Assembly: GCF_000014265.1 (NCBI RefSeq)
Contig: NC_008312.1
Span: forward strand, 7,718,109-7,750,108
Reading direction: 5' to 3'
Source: Trichodesmium erythraeum IMS101
GTDB taxonomy: Bacteria > Cyanobacteriota > Cyanobacteriia > Cyanobacteriales > Microcoleaceae
Length of the DNA: 32,000 bases
Part shown: piece after piece, positions 1 through 10,095 of the stretch
How positions within the stretch are numbered: the first letter of the stretch is position 1
Layout of the letters: every line of letters starts with the position of its first letter
Translations under genes and position numbers: made by a program
The notes under the pieces: generated by a model
The model's database searches: none
What the model was told of the DNA's origin: nothing
What the model saw: only the letters and a program-made list of their open reading frames with translations

Positions 1-110
1 TTAGTATTTGAAACTTTATTAATGGAGAGTTGGTATGCAACACAAAGATTAATGGTATTGGTAGATAATATGCCAAAAATTTATTACTGTCCTTGAAAAA
101 TAAATCCAGA
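1..110 (-). pseudogene. Possible edge fragment of an IS630/Tc1-mariner-family transposase relic
   Basis: Nucleotide similarity to the interior of the IS630-like relic at 19.5 kb: 'ctttattaatggagagttggtatgcaacac' (14-43) vs 'cctttttaatggagagtctgaacac' (19558-19582). No intact ORF. Cut by the window edge. Confidence 0.25.
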
Positions 111-263
111 GCTTAGATGAGATTAGAGGTTTGGAAAAATCTAAAAATATTGGATAATTAAGTTAGAGTGAATCGGAAAAAATATCAGGTAAAATTATTA
201 AAATTAAAGGTTTTCTAAAAGATAAAAAAGTTCAGCTCCATACGGGAAAATGTTTCTAGCAAC

Positions 264-653
264 ATGACAGAATACATTGTAACAGCTGTAGAATTTGAGT
301 CTCAAGCCAGATGGAAGAGCGAAGAATTTTACACCAGAATTAAGCAATTAACGAATACAGAGTTTTGTCAATGCAGTCTTTGGTCAAATTCAAAAAACTA
401 TGTAGCCTATGCTCTGTTAGTTTGGAGTTTTCTCAAGAGGTTAGCAGTGAAAATAGGAAAAACTATTTACATAGTTAAACATGAATTACTCTCAGACTAT
501 TTGAGCCAAGAATTGAAGAAGCCCACAATACAATTCAGGGCTCGCAATGATTTTTTAATTATTTTTTACTCTAGTTTTAACAATGGTAATTTTCTTGAAG
601 CGATCGCTATAAATTTTAAAGGGTTCGCTCTATTTAGTATACGCTGTATATAG
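264..653 (+). CDS. Hypothetical protein (129 aa), no recognisable motifs
   Basis: ATG-initiated ORF in an otherwise ORF-free AT-rich region. Contains a HIP1 site at 600-607. No family recognised by eye. Confidence 0.3.
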   Translation: MTEYIVTAVEFESQARWKSEEFYTRIKQLTNTEFCQCSLWSNSKNYVAYALLVWSFLKRLAVKIGKTIYIVKHELLSDYLSQELKKPTIQFRARNDFLIIFYSSFNNGNFLEAIAINFKGFALFSIRCI

Positions 654-1886
654 TGTCTTTGCGTAAGTTCTGATTCAGTATCTTTGTTCTCCATTAATTC
701 TAGAAACTAGGATACTAAAATCATCTTAGCAGTAGTATGAAAAAAAACAATATACATTATTAAAATTAAACTCCTAAAATATGCGTTATTCATTTTTTTA
801 AAGCTTAATTAAAATGGTAAATTTAGTTAAATTAATTAGGGAATAAAGATGATTTTTAAAGGTATTTAATTAGTTATCTCTAGGGATTAGAAAGAACAGT
901 CTCTAATCCTCATAACACAATTACTTAAGCTGTTTCTGAACACCGATATTTTTTTTAGTGCAGGATCTGAGTTAAATAGTGACAAATTTCAACACCAACC
1001 TACCTACAGTGTTTTGAAAATCAAATAAACACTATATATGGATTGTGTAGATATTATATTCCTGTAGGATGTAGGGTTTATTGATAATTAGCTCAAATTT
1101 ATTGACAATATGGGCCGTTCCAGTATCTTACAATTAATAACTTATTTGTAAACTTAACTAAAAATTTTATATAACAAAGCTTTGAGTAATTTCAAGCCTA
1201 ATGAACTATAACTCCCATTACTTAAGTATGGTAAGGATAAGAGCATAAAAATATTTACTTTATAAATTAGGAATAATAAGCAATGCTAGAAGCTCGCATT
1301 AAAAATTAGCTAAGGTTTCTTTTTCGCTTTGGGAAATAAAAAACGACATGAAAAGTGGAGCTTTGAGCAATCAGCTATTTTTTTAACACTACATCTACTC
1401 CATTTATATAAGTCCTGATATATGTAACTTAATCTTGTAATTTTATGCATAGACATGGTAAAAATTAATTCCCAAAAATTTAAGTAGATAAAAAAAAGCT
1501 AAAGAGTAAATTTTAATGACTCTAAAATACTAGTAATCAGAGTAGAATTACTAACTCTCAATGGCCGGAAATCATTTTCGAGGAGTGTTAAATTTAACTT
1601 ATCATCATCATACAAGGCAAATATAAATTCTCATAAACATTCAGGTGTAGATAGTAGGGGGCTTATCAATTCAAAAGTATTCTTGATTGATTACACTTAA
1701 AGGAGCAGGGTGAGCCAAACAAGTAAGTTAAATCTACAAAGATTGATTATTTATTTTAACTCGACCTTCGCTAATAGACTAAATAGATATAAATATTGTA
1801 GGAGAATTAAAATAAAACCTCTCCACCAGGAGATCAAACTTTGATTCTTAATTCTTTATAAACTAAGCAATTAGAGATAAATAACA

Positions 1887-3134
1887 ATGAAAAATACAAT
1901 GGGCAAAGTATTTTGGAAACAACCTTTAACTTATTTATTACTACTAGCAGGAGCAGTCGGAGCATTATTAGGTGAGCGACTAATATTACAGACAAGTAGC
2001 TCTCCAGAAAACTCAAGTCAGCTTACTGAACTATCAGTGACTCAATCTCTTAGCAAAACTGATAATACTTCTAACTCAGAAAAGTCCACTTGGTTACCAG
2101 TTAGAGCCCCCATTTCCAATAGCAATTTTATTGTAAATGCAGTCCAAAAAGTTGGTCCAGCAGTAGTCAGGATTAATGCTTCTCGAGCTGTCAGCCAAAG
2201 ACCTAATATGTATGGATTTAGGGTACCAGAAGATTTCTATGGTTTTGAATTACCTAGATCGCGTAATAGTCCAATTGAGCAAGGAACTGGTTCTGGTTTT
2301 ATCATCAGTTCTGATGGTAATATTCTTACAAATGCTCATGTTGTCGAGGGTTCAACTACTGTAGAAGTGGTCCTTAAAGATGGTCGTCGCCTTCAAGGTA
2401 AAGTTTTGGGCACAGATTCTCTAACTGATGTAGCAGTAGTTAAAATTGATGCTGGTAGTCTTCCAACTGTTAAGATCGGAGATTCAAATAATCTGCAACC
2501 TGGAGAATGGGCGATCGCTATTGGCAACCCCCTAGGTCTAGATAATTCTGTGACGGTGGGCATAATTAGTGCCACAGGTCGTTCTAGTAATGATGTGGGT
2601 GTTCCAGATAAGCGGGTAGGATTTATTCAAACAGATGCTGCAATTAATCCTGGTAATTCTGGTGGTCCTCTGTTGAATCAAAATGGTGAGGTAATTGGCA
2701 TTAATACAGCTATTATTGATGGTGCTCAAGGTTTAGGATTTGCAATTCCTATTAATAATGCTCAACAAATTGCTAAACAATTAATTAAGGTAGGTAAAGC
2801 AGAACACGCTTATTTAGGTATTGCTATGCAAACTCTTACACCAGAACTTAAGCAAGAACTGAACCGAAATTTCAATACAAATATGTTTAGTGACCAAGGG
2901 GTATTAGTAATACAAGTTGTTCCTGGTTCTCCTGCTGATAAAAGTGGTTTAAAACCAGGGGATATAATTCAAAGAATTGATAATCAAACTATTACTACAT
3001 CTGAAAATGTACAGCAAATTGTTCAGAACAAAACAGTAGGTAGTTTGTTGGAATTAGAAATTAATCGGAATGGTAAAAGCTTGAATTTGGATGTACGAAC
3101 TGGAAATTTACCACCTAGAAGATTCAGAGGATAG
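1887..3134 (+). CDS. htrA: HtrA/DegP-family (Deg/HhoA-like) serine endopeptidase with C-terminal PDZ domain
   Basis: N-terminal hydrophobic anchor 'LTYLLLLAGAVGALLG'. Catalytic triad contexts 'ILTNAHVV' (His), 'DVAVVKI' (Asp), 'GNSGGPLLN' (Ser). PDZ-like 'GVLVIQVVPGSPADKSGLKPGDIIQRIDN'. Confidence 0.93.
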   Translation: MKNTMGKVFWKQPLTYLLLLAGAVGALLGERLILQTSSSPENSSQLTELSVTQSLSKTDNTSNSEKSTWLPVRAPISNSNFIVNAVQKVGPAVVRINASRAVSQRPNMYGFRVPEDFYGFELPRSRNSPIEQGTGSGFIISSDGNILTNAHVVEGSTTVEVVLKDGRRLQGKVLGTDSLTDVAVVKIDAGSLPTVKIGDSNNLQPGEWAIAIGNPLGLDNSVTVGIISATGRSSNDVGVPDKRVGFIQTDAAINPGNSGGPLLNQNGEVIGINTAIIDGAQGLGFAIPINNAQQIAKQLIKVGKAEHAYLGIAMQTLTPELKQELNRNFNTNMFSDQGVLVIQVVPGSPADKSGLKPGDIIQRIDNQTITTSENVQQIVQNKTVGSLLELEINRNGKSLNLDVRTGNLPPRRFRG

Positions 3135-3641
3135 TTTGGAAATTATAATGAAAGAATCTTTTAAAATATTATTCATAGAGACAAGTCTGACAGAGATATT
3201 GTTGTGAGGATGAACTAGCACAAAGTTAAAGATGAATAAATACACAAAATTAATTATACATTTTGTTAAGCTTAATCTCTTATACTATATATCTCACATA
3301 AAATTAGCCGATGCTTGCATGAGTGTTTAAGTGCTTAACATTCACAGTTCAAAGAAAAAAATAGAATGTATAGTTGCAGCTAAACTAGGTAAAGATGATG
3401 ATTTGACTGGCCTCTATTTATTTCTTTTTTTTGATGAGTATGGATAATAAACTAGACAATGGGAAATTATTCCCATAACTATTGCGAGCCTTGGCTTACA
3501 GCTATCTCAAGATTAGAAACTTTCAATCTTAACTGTAAATGGTGTAAGCAAAGTCCTATCATACTTTCAGCCTTTAAAGTTAATAGTTTTTTAGGATAAC
3601 TTTGTACTCTCCAGTAATAAAAATTAGTGGAGGAAAAAATA

Positions 3642-4175
3642 ATGGAAGTCTTACAAGTAGCTCAGTTAGGCAATAAGATATTACGATATCAAGCTCAAAC
3701 TGTTAATAATATTTTGGATCAAAATGTACAGCAACTAATTGATAATTTAATTTTTACAGTAATTGAAACAAATGGTGTGGGAATTGCTGCTCCACAAGTT
3801 TCAATTAGTGATTGCTTATTTATTATTGCCTCAAGACCAAATATTAGATATCCCAATGCTCCAAAAATGGAGCCAATAGCTATGATAAACCCTAGATTAA
3901 TATCTCATTCAGAAGATAGAGTCAAAGGATGGGAAGGTTGTTTAAGTATACCAGGAATTAGGGGTTTAGTACCAAGATATAGAGTAATAAATGTAGAATA
4001 TACTAATCGAGAAGGAAAACTAGAAAGACAAGAATTAACAGATTTTGTTGCTAGAATTTTTCAGCATGAATACGATCATTTAGAAGGTCTAGTATTTTTA
4101 GATCGTGTAGAAAGTACCACAGATTTAATCACAGAAGATGAATATCAGAAACAAATTATTCAATTAAGGAATTAG
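3642..4175 (+). CDS. def: Peptide deformylase
   Basis: All three PDF motifs present: 'GVGIAAPQV', 'EGCLSIPG', 'QHEYDHLEG'. The ORF track starts at GTG 3627. ATG 3642 sits 8 nt after GGAGG (3629-3633) and is the more likely start. Confidence 0.92.
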   Translation: MEVLQVAQLGNKILRYQAQTVNNILDQNVQQLIDNLIFTVIETNGVGIAAPQVSISDCLFIIASRPNIRYPNAPKMEPIAMINPRLISHSEDRVKGWEGCLSIPGIRGLVPRYRVINVEYTNREGKLERQELTDFVARIFQHEYDHLEGLVFLDRVESTTDLITEDEYQKQIIQLRN

Positions 4176-4861
4176 GATATAGGAATTAACAGAGCATTTC
4201 CGTAGTATTCAGCAAAATCTTTATAGCAATAGAAAAAAAGCTTAGGACGCTGAATTATTCCAGATTTGGGAAAAGCCAAAATTGATGTCTTAACCTATGC
4301 TTGGACTGCTATACCTTTCTATTCCTTAACTTGTCAGTCTCTGCCAGAAGTCTCACTACAAATGATAGCTAAGACTTTGACCTTCTTTAGAGCAACTTCG
4401 GGGATTAATGCTAAGTCTCTAACCCGTTGCCTAGGTTGTCAAACCAACAACAAGGTGGTAAGAATTTCACTTACAAAGATGTAAGAGTTATCTATAAATC
4501 TAGGTTTTCCTCATATATTGATTTGGGAAAGCCTTTTATACCTAATTTTATTGGTTTAGTAGGCAAGGATTTAAACATTTGATTTGATAACTTGACTCTT
4601 CCTTGAAAGTTTAGTAAATAGCACTTTTTATTTTTCTCAGGTACAATTTTTCCCTATTTCCTATTTTCTGTTCTCTATTTTCTACTTCCTATTCTCTATT
4701 CCTTAAAAATCTATAATTCCTCAAATGAAAATAAGATTTATATCAATCAGCTCATTGGTTATGCCAAAATTCTATACTTATAAAGTTTAGGAAAGTCGAA
4801 TATTTGACCATAGCCCAAGAAACTTCAATAGCTACTTAACTATTTTCAAAGAACTGCAACA

Positions 4862-4996
4862 ATGATAAGATTGTTTTATAAAATTTTGGGCTGGAAACTA
4901 AATATCTTCTATAGAGTTTTGTTCAGGGGTATTCGGGGGAAACCTTGTAAAATTTATTAACCATTCCTCTTCTGATAAATTTTGATTAATTGTCAT
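4862..4996 (-). pseudogene. Short relic of a DDE transposase (IS630-like C-terminal motif)
   Basis: The minus-strand reading gives 'MTINQNLSEEEWLINFTRFPPNTPEQNSIEDI*'. 'FPPNTPEQNSIEDI' resembles the LPPYSPELNPIE..W signature of IS630/Tc1 transposases. Only about 32 codons are open. Confidence 0.35.
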
Positions 4997-5299
4997 CAAA
5001 TATTCTTACAATTATATCAAATTATTATCAGTGCCTCTATCCCGAAATATTGCACATTTTTTTCTTAGTCTTTGCTGTTGCAAATATTTAATAAATTCAA
5101 TAATGATTTAGGATTGCTATATATCTATAATCATTATCAAAGAATAATTATCATTGCTTAAATGTGGGAATTTAGAATGACAATTTTCTTTGACGTTCAA
5201 ACCAAATTTTTTCCCTTATATAGCAGGTTGTGTAAAAATCCCATACTTAAAAAGTTTTGGAAAATAGTTCAAAATAGTAAATAAATTGAGGAAATATTT

Positions 5300-5869
5300 A
5301 TGAGTATTAATCTCAGCAAGGGTGAAAGAATTAGTCTATCTAAAGAAGCGCCTGGAATGAAAAAAGTTGTAGCAGGTTTAGGATGGGATGTAAATGTTTC
5401 AGATACAGGTTCAGATTTTGACCTTGATGTTTCTGTGTTTATGTTAGGAGCAAGTGGCAAAATTCCTCAAGAGAAATACTTTGTTTTTTACAATAATCTT
5501 AAATCTCCTGATGGTTCAGTAGAGTCTATGGGAGATAGTCGTACAGGAAAAGGAGAGGGAGATGATGAGACTATTACTATAGATTTATTAAAGGTTGATT
5601 CGATAATTGAAGAAATTATTTTTGTTGTTACTATATATGAAGCAGAAAAAAGAAGGCAAAATTTTGGGCAAGTGAGAAATTCTTACATCAGAATTTATGA
5701 TGAGGAAAATGAAGAAGAAGTAACTAAGTATGAACTAGAAGAAGACTTTTCTAGGGAAACAGCTATAGAGTTTGGGAAACTGTATAAAAAAAATAGTGAA
5801 TGGAGATTTCAAGCTGTAGGAGAAGGTTATAATTCTGGCTTAGAAAGTTTTGTACAAAAATATAACTAA
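5300..5869 (+). CDS. terD: TerD-family stress/tellurite-resistance domain protein (paralog 1)
   Basis: 'GLGWDV', 'DFDLDVSVFML', Ca-binding-type 'GDSRTGKGEGDDETI', C-terminal 'EWRFQAVGEGY'. GAGGA lies 8 nt upstream of the ATG. Confidence 0.9.
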   Translation: MSINLSKGERISLSKEAPGMKKVVAGLGWDVNVSDTGSDFDLDVSVFMLGASGKIPQEKYFVFYNNLKSPDGSVESMGDSRTGKGEGDDETITIDLLKVDSIIEEIIFVVTIYEAEKRRQNFGQVRNSYIRIYDEENEEEVTKYELEEDFSRETAIEFGKLYKKNSEWRFQAVGEGYNSGLESFVQKYN

Positions 5870-5929
5870 TTAATTTATTTATAGCCTTTATCAAGTTACT
5901 ACTAAAAAAATGAATTTTCTAACTTATTA

Positions 5930-6194
5930 GTACGGGAATTGCTATAGTGAATTCTTAATAGTTGACATCCTCCCTGGTTGTTAGGCGCGGGGAGGTTTTT
6001 GTGAGCAGAAGTTCCCATCTGGGTTGACGTTTTATAGGCCTTGTATAATTTGTCGCGAGGGCAAAAGTTGATGCTAGTCAAGTCCCTTGCCTGGTAAGTC
6101 CGTTTTTTGTCCCAGACTGCCCACCCGGGAATAATTAGGGTTAGCCCATCTATTGTCTAATGGAGTGAGGTTTGTTGGAGGTCAGTACGGAATT
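5930..6194 (+). repeat. GC-rich repeat element, copy 1 (unknown family; candidate MITE, structured RNA or gene relic)
   Basis: GC content is clearly above the flanks. Bounded by 'gtacgggaatt' (5930-5940) and 'gtacggaatt' (6185-6194). Collinear with 29593-29916 in four blocks. Partly matches 13445-13625 in inverted orientation. Contains hairpin 'cctccc-N15-gggagg' (5969-5995). Confidence 0.6.
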
Positions 6195-6196
6195 AT

Positions 6197-6259
6197 GGAG
6201 GCGCAGAGACACAGAAGCGCAAAGACACGGAGGCACGGAGGCACAGAGGCAAAGAGCCA
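6197..6259. repeat. Imperfect 8-nt tandem repeat, consensus CRGAGRCA, about 7-8 units
   Basis: Units cagagaca/cagaagcg/caaagaca/cggaggca/cggaggca/cagaggca/aagagcca read directly from 6204-6259. Abuts the 3' end of repeat copy 1. Confidence 0.7.
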
Positions 6260-6880
6260 TTGATTTTTATTCTTAGATGCCTGAAATAATATCTATACAT
6301 TATCTTGAGCTACAAAAATCATACTACTTTTCACCCATTCAGAATTTTGCTTGAGCAACATTTGTTTCAATGCTTTGAGAATTAATTAGACAGCCCTAAT
6401 TAATTAAAATTTAGGCTAACATATATATTAAAAAAATAACTAAAAAGTCGACTGCTTATGGATAATGCTTTAGACCCAATTTTTTTGTAAAGCAATTCGC
6501 CTATAGGTTGTTATATTTTATAGTTAAAGCGTGTGCTATGTAAACTAAAGCGCAAATGGGACTTAGAAACTAAACTCTTACAATTTTTTTTACTAATCAT
6601 TTCATATTGCTATAGATATTACTTCAACTCAAAGTTTAATTAATCTGCTATTTGCTAAACTTGAGTCTTATGAATTATGATCACAAAAAAATAAGGAGTC
6701 AAGACTCCCCTTGAAAAGAGATACAAAAATAAAATTCAGCATTTAAAGCCTTCTACTAAAATGCAAGGTATTAATAACTGATAACTGAAATTATTTTAGT
6801 ATAATTATGATGAATCAAAACTAATATAAATTATCTTTTTCAAGGATTATTAAAGTTATTTATTAAGAGAGGGAAAATCA

Positions 6881-7456
6881 ATGTCTGTTAAACTCAGTAA
6901 AGGTCACAGAATTAATCTTTCTAAGGATACACCAGGGTTAACAAAAGTAGCTATTGGTTTGGGATGGGACGTTAATCCTACTGATACAGGTACGGAATTT
7001 GATTTAGATGTCTCTGTATTTATGTTAGGAGATAATGGAAAAATTCCAGAAGATGAATACTTTGTTTTCTACAATAATTTAAAATCTCCAGATGGTTCAG
7101 TAAAGCATTGGGGAGATAACAGAACTGGAGAGGGGAAACAGGATGATGAAACAATAGAAATAGATTTAACTAATGTTAATTTGAGTATTGAAGAACTACT
7201 TTTTGTTGTAACTATCCATGAAGCAGAAAAAAGAAGGCAAAATTTTGGGCAAGTTAAAAATTCTTTTATTAGAGTTTATGACTTAAACACTCAAGAAGAA
7301 ATAACAAAGTATGAATTAGAAGAAGATTTTTCGAGAGAAACTGCTATAGAATTTGGTCGTCTTTATAAGAAAAATAGTGAATGGAGATTTCAAGCAGTCG
7401 GAACAGGATACAATACTGGTTTACAAACTTTTGTAGATAAATACGTTTACTCATGA
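6881..7456 (+). CDS. terD: TerD-family stress/tellurite-resistance domain protein (paralog 2)
   Basis: Same motif set as paralog 1: 'GLGWDV', 'EFDLDVSVFML', 'GDNRTGEGKQDDETI', 'EWRFQAVGTGY'. Roughly three-quarters identical to paralog 1 by eye. GAGGG lies upstream of the ATG. Confidence 0.9.
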   Translation: MSVKLSKGHRINLSKDTPGLTKVAIGLGWDVNPTDTGTEFDLDVSVFMLGDNGKIPEDEYFVFYNNLKSPDGSVKHWGDNRTGEGKQDDETIEIDLTNVNLSIEELLFVVTIHEAEKRRQNFGQVKNSFIRVYDLNTQEEITKYELEEDFSRETAIEFGRLYKKNSEWRFQAVGTGYNTGLQTFVDKYVYS

Positions 7457-7899
7457 GTAAAAAAAGTATTTTTGGTATAGTAATAACTAATACAAAAAAA
7501 ATTAAAAAATTAAAGTTAAAAATACTGGTTAGTTAATCAATAATTATAGACATTAGGGAAAAGTGTAAGCATGAAATTTGTTAGCAATTAGCTATAATCT
7601 ATAAGTTATTAACTAATTATTTTAAAGGATAAACTATACCAAGCTCGTAAAATATTGAAAGGGTATTTTTTTCAAGTTACAGCCATTTTGCTAAATATAA
7701 AGATTAAGCCATGGGATAAGCATACTTTACATACCCCAATTTGCTATTAATCTCTAAAGAAAATTAAAAATTATGAATAAAACTATTATCTAACTCTAGT
7801 AATTGCTTTATTTTTATAAAAATTTAAATCTGGATACTTACAAGAAATAGGAACAAAAAACAGGAAATAGTTATAATAATATTTATACTTATTTAAGTT

Positions 7900-8719
7900 A
7901 AGCATGAGACATTCAGCCACACAATAATCACAGATAATTTCATCTAAGGCTGTATTTGAATTAGCATACATTTTGCTCTCTTTAAGACACTAAAATTATT
8001 TTTAATATCCTTCAAATCATGAGAATACTTAGGGAGGAATATGACCTGATGATTTCCATCTTCAACTATTTTTTTAATAACTATTTTTCGATGAATTGGT
8101 GCATTATCTATAACCAAAACTGATGTGATAGTTAATGATGGTTATCAATATATGAATAACCAGCCTTCCAAACCTTCTGCATTTAAACTTCCTGTGAATA
8201 TTATTGGTGGGATTAAATCTTTTTTTCATTTTATTCTACCAAGGACTAAGTTTTCTCTTTTTTCCTCTTTCCTTGCCTATCTCCAAAAATTTTTTTCCCT
8301 CTTTTTAACTACACATAAATACAATTTAGAAATTCTTCAATTCCTGACTCCAAAACGAATACTAAACTTTTACCATCATATATTTTGATTAATTTCAGTA
8401 AATCCTAATAATATTTTATCCATTATTATCTACTTCTTTGCGCGATAACGTGCTTCTTTTTTTCTGGTCATTTTCATTTTTTTGATGTCCTTAAAAATTG
8501 CAGTATTTTTTAGCTCTCTGTTTTAATCTAGCTTCTGGATTTTCTTGTATCTAGGGAACGCTAGATATATTTTACCTTTGTTGCTGCCATTGCCTTTCTC
8601 TTGAGCCATCTTTATATTGACCCTCTTCGTATTCCAAACACTTGCGCCACTTTGGTGACTCTACCGCCATTTTCTATTATTACTATTAATTTTTGTCTTA
8701 AATCTAAACCACAAGCCAT
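7900..8719 (-). pseudogene. IS630/Tc1-mariner-family transposase pseudogene (multiple frameshifts and stops, internally deleted)
   Basis: Minus-strand reading from ATG 8719 gives 'MACGLDLRQKLIVIIENGGRVTKVAQVFGIRRGSI*', an HTH N-terminus typical of IS630. Reading through 8120-7944 gives 'VIDNAPIHRKIVIKKIVEDGNHQVIFLPKYSHDLKDIK', which carries the DNA..H and LP.YSP.LNPIE signatures. No long ORF survives. Confidence 0.8.
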
Positions 8720-9003
8720 GATTTCTACTCCCATACCTTCTCTTTTCAATCTCATGCTCTTTTTGTTTAATTCTTAAGTTAAATGAATATACTTGTTTAC
8801 TATGACAACTTTTACAAGTTATAGTTTTACCATTAATCCAGAGGGAGTAAAAAGCCTATACTTATCAATTAATGGAACATTAATTCCTACTAATTGACCA
8901 CCATAAATTTACCTTACGGTAAATTAAAAATTATGGTGTTATATCTATGAATAATTTAGCTTCCGAAAAGATTTTTAGTCCTATTTTAATAAGAAATAAA
9001 ATT

Positions 9004-9023
9004 GCTTGATTTTGACATCAAGC
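9004..9023 (-). terminator. Candidate intrinsic terminator of pdhA
   Basis: Inverted repeat gcttgat-tttgac-atcaagc with a 7-bp stem, about 32 nt downstream of the pdhA stop. On the transcribed strand it is followed by the T-rich 'aattttatttcttatt'. Confidence 0.45.
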
Positions 9024-9054
9024 TTAATGAAAATTAAATCAATAATCCGACTAA

Positions 9055-10095
9055 CTAATCCTCTGCAAAAATATACCGATATAGTTCATCTGAACCTGGT
9101 TCTGGACTATTTGTAGCAAAATCAACAGCTTCAGTAATTAAATTCTCAATCTTTTTATCAATTGCCACTAATTCTGCAACATCTACCAAATTATTTTCTG
9201 TTAAGTAAGTTGTAAATTTTTTAATGGGGTCACGAGAAAACCAATATTGCTTTTCTTCTTGATCTCTTAATTCATCAGGGTCTGCCAAAGAATGTCCTCG
9301 AAAACGATAAGTCAAAGCTTCAATTAAAGTTGGTCCTTCGCCAGCACGAGCCCGAGCAACAGCCTCTTGAGCAGCAGAATGTACTGCTAATATATCCATA
9401 CCATCAACTTCTACACCTACCATGCCAAAAGCATGAGCTTTTTTATAAATTTCCGGTTCAGAAGTAGCGCGTTCGTGAGCCATACCAATTGCCCATTTGT
9501 TATTTTCTACTACATAAATAATTGGTAGTTTCCACAGTGCAGCCATATTTAGGCATTCAAAAAACTGACCATTATTACAAGCTCCATCTCCAAAGAAACA
9601 AGCCGTTACTTGGTCAGCCGCTTGATTTCCCATAGTTTCCCGACGATATTTACTCTGAAAAGCTGCCCCAGTCGCGACAGGAATACCTTCAGCAACAAAA
9701 GCATAACCCCCTAATAGATTATGCGTAGCTGAGAACATATGCATCGAACCACCACGACCTTTAGAACAACCTGTAGCTTTGCCAAATAATTCAGCCATTA
9801 CTTCTCGTGCAGGTACACCAGCACTTAGAGCATGAACGTGGTCTCTATAGGTGCTACTAACAAAATCTTCATCTTGACGCATAGCTTTAATTACACCGGA
9901 AGAAACTGCTTCTTGTCCATTATAAAGATGGACAAAGCCAAACATTTTGCCTCGGTAATACATTTCAGCACACTTATCTTCAAATAAGCGCCCTAAAACC
10001 ATATCTTCATATAGAATTAATGCTTTTTCCTTAGTGATTTTTACACTATTAGTATCAAATTTAGGTACGGTGCGTTCTTGGATCATTTTATACAT
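9055..10095 (-). CDS. pdhA: Pyruvate dehydrogenase (acetyl-transferring) E1 component, alpha subunit
   Basis: 346 aa. TPP-binding region '[36 protein letters not shown]'. Also 'YRDHVHAL' and 'GGSMHMF', typical of heterotetrameric E1 alpha. Confidence 0.93.
   Translation of the reverse strand: MYKMIQERTVPKFDTNSVKITKEKALILYEDMVLGRLFEDKCAEMYYRGKMFGFVHLYNGQEAVSSGVIKAMRQDEDFVSSTYRDHVHALSAGVPAREVMAELFGKATGCSKGRGGSMHMFSATHNLLGGYAFVAEGIPVATGAAFQSKYRRETMGNQAADQVTACFFGDGACNNGQFFECLNMAALWKLPIIYVVENNKWAIGMAHERATSEPEIYKKAHAFGMVGVEVDGMDILAVHSAAQEAVARARAGEGPTLIEALTYRFRGHSLADPDELRDQEEKQYWFSRDPIKKFTTYLTENNLVDVAELVAIDKKIENLITEAVDFATNSPEPGSDELYRYIFAED

Noticed and set aside
4266-4484. 72-aa TTG-start ORF in a slightly GC-richer patch
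   Set aside because: No ATG, no SD and no recognisable motifs. A 12-nt resemblance ('caaaa.ttgatg') to the GC-rich element is too short to claim. It may be eroded gene remains.
6085-6140. 'ctggtaagtccg...cccagactgcccacccggg' looked like RNase P RNA (GGAAAGUCCGG) or SRP RNA motifs
   Set aside because: Only a few nucleotides match. The conserved P4 and 3' ACAGAA.CCGGCUUA-type elements of RNase P, the SRP domain IV motif and a tmRNA tag ORF are all absent. The same island recurs as a diverged repeat, which is not expected for a single-copy housekeeping RNA.
6197-6259. Considered whether the octamer array, or any other repeat in the window, is a CRISPR array
   Set aside because: The units are 8 nt and contiguous, with no spacers. 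No 25-40-nt direct repeats with unique spacers and no cas genes occur anywhere in the window.
8125-8388. 87-aa ORF on the + strand; also 7786-7971 (61 aa, - strand)
   Set aside because: The first is antisense to the IS630 pseudogene and is low complexity. The second is the out-of-frame C-terminal tail of the same pseudogene. Neither is an independent gene.
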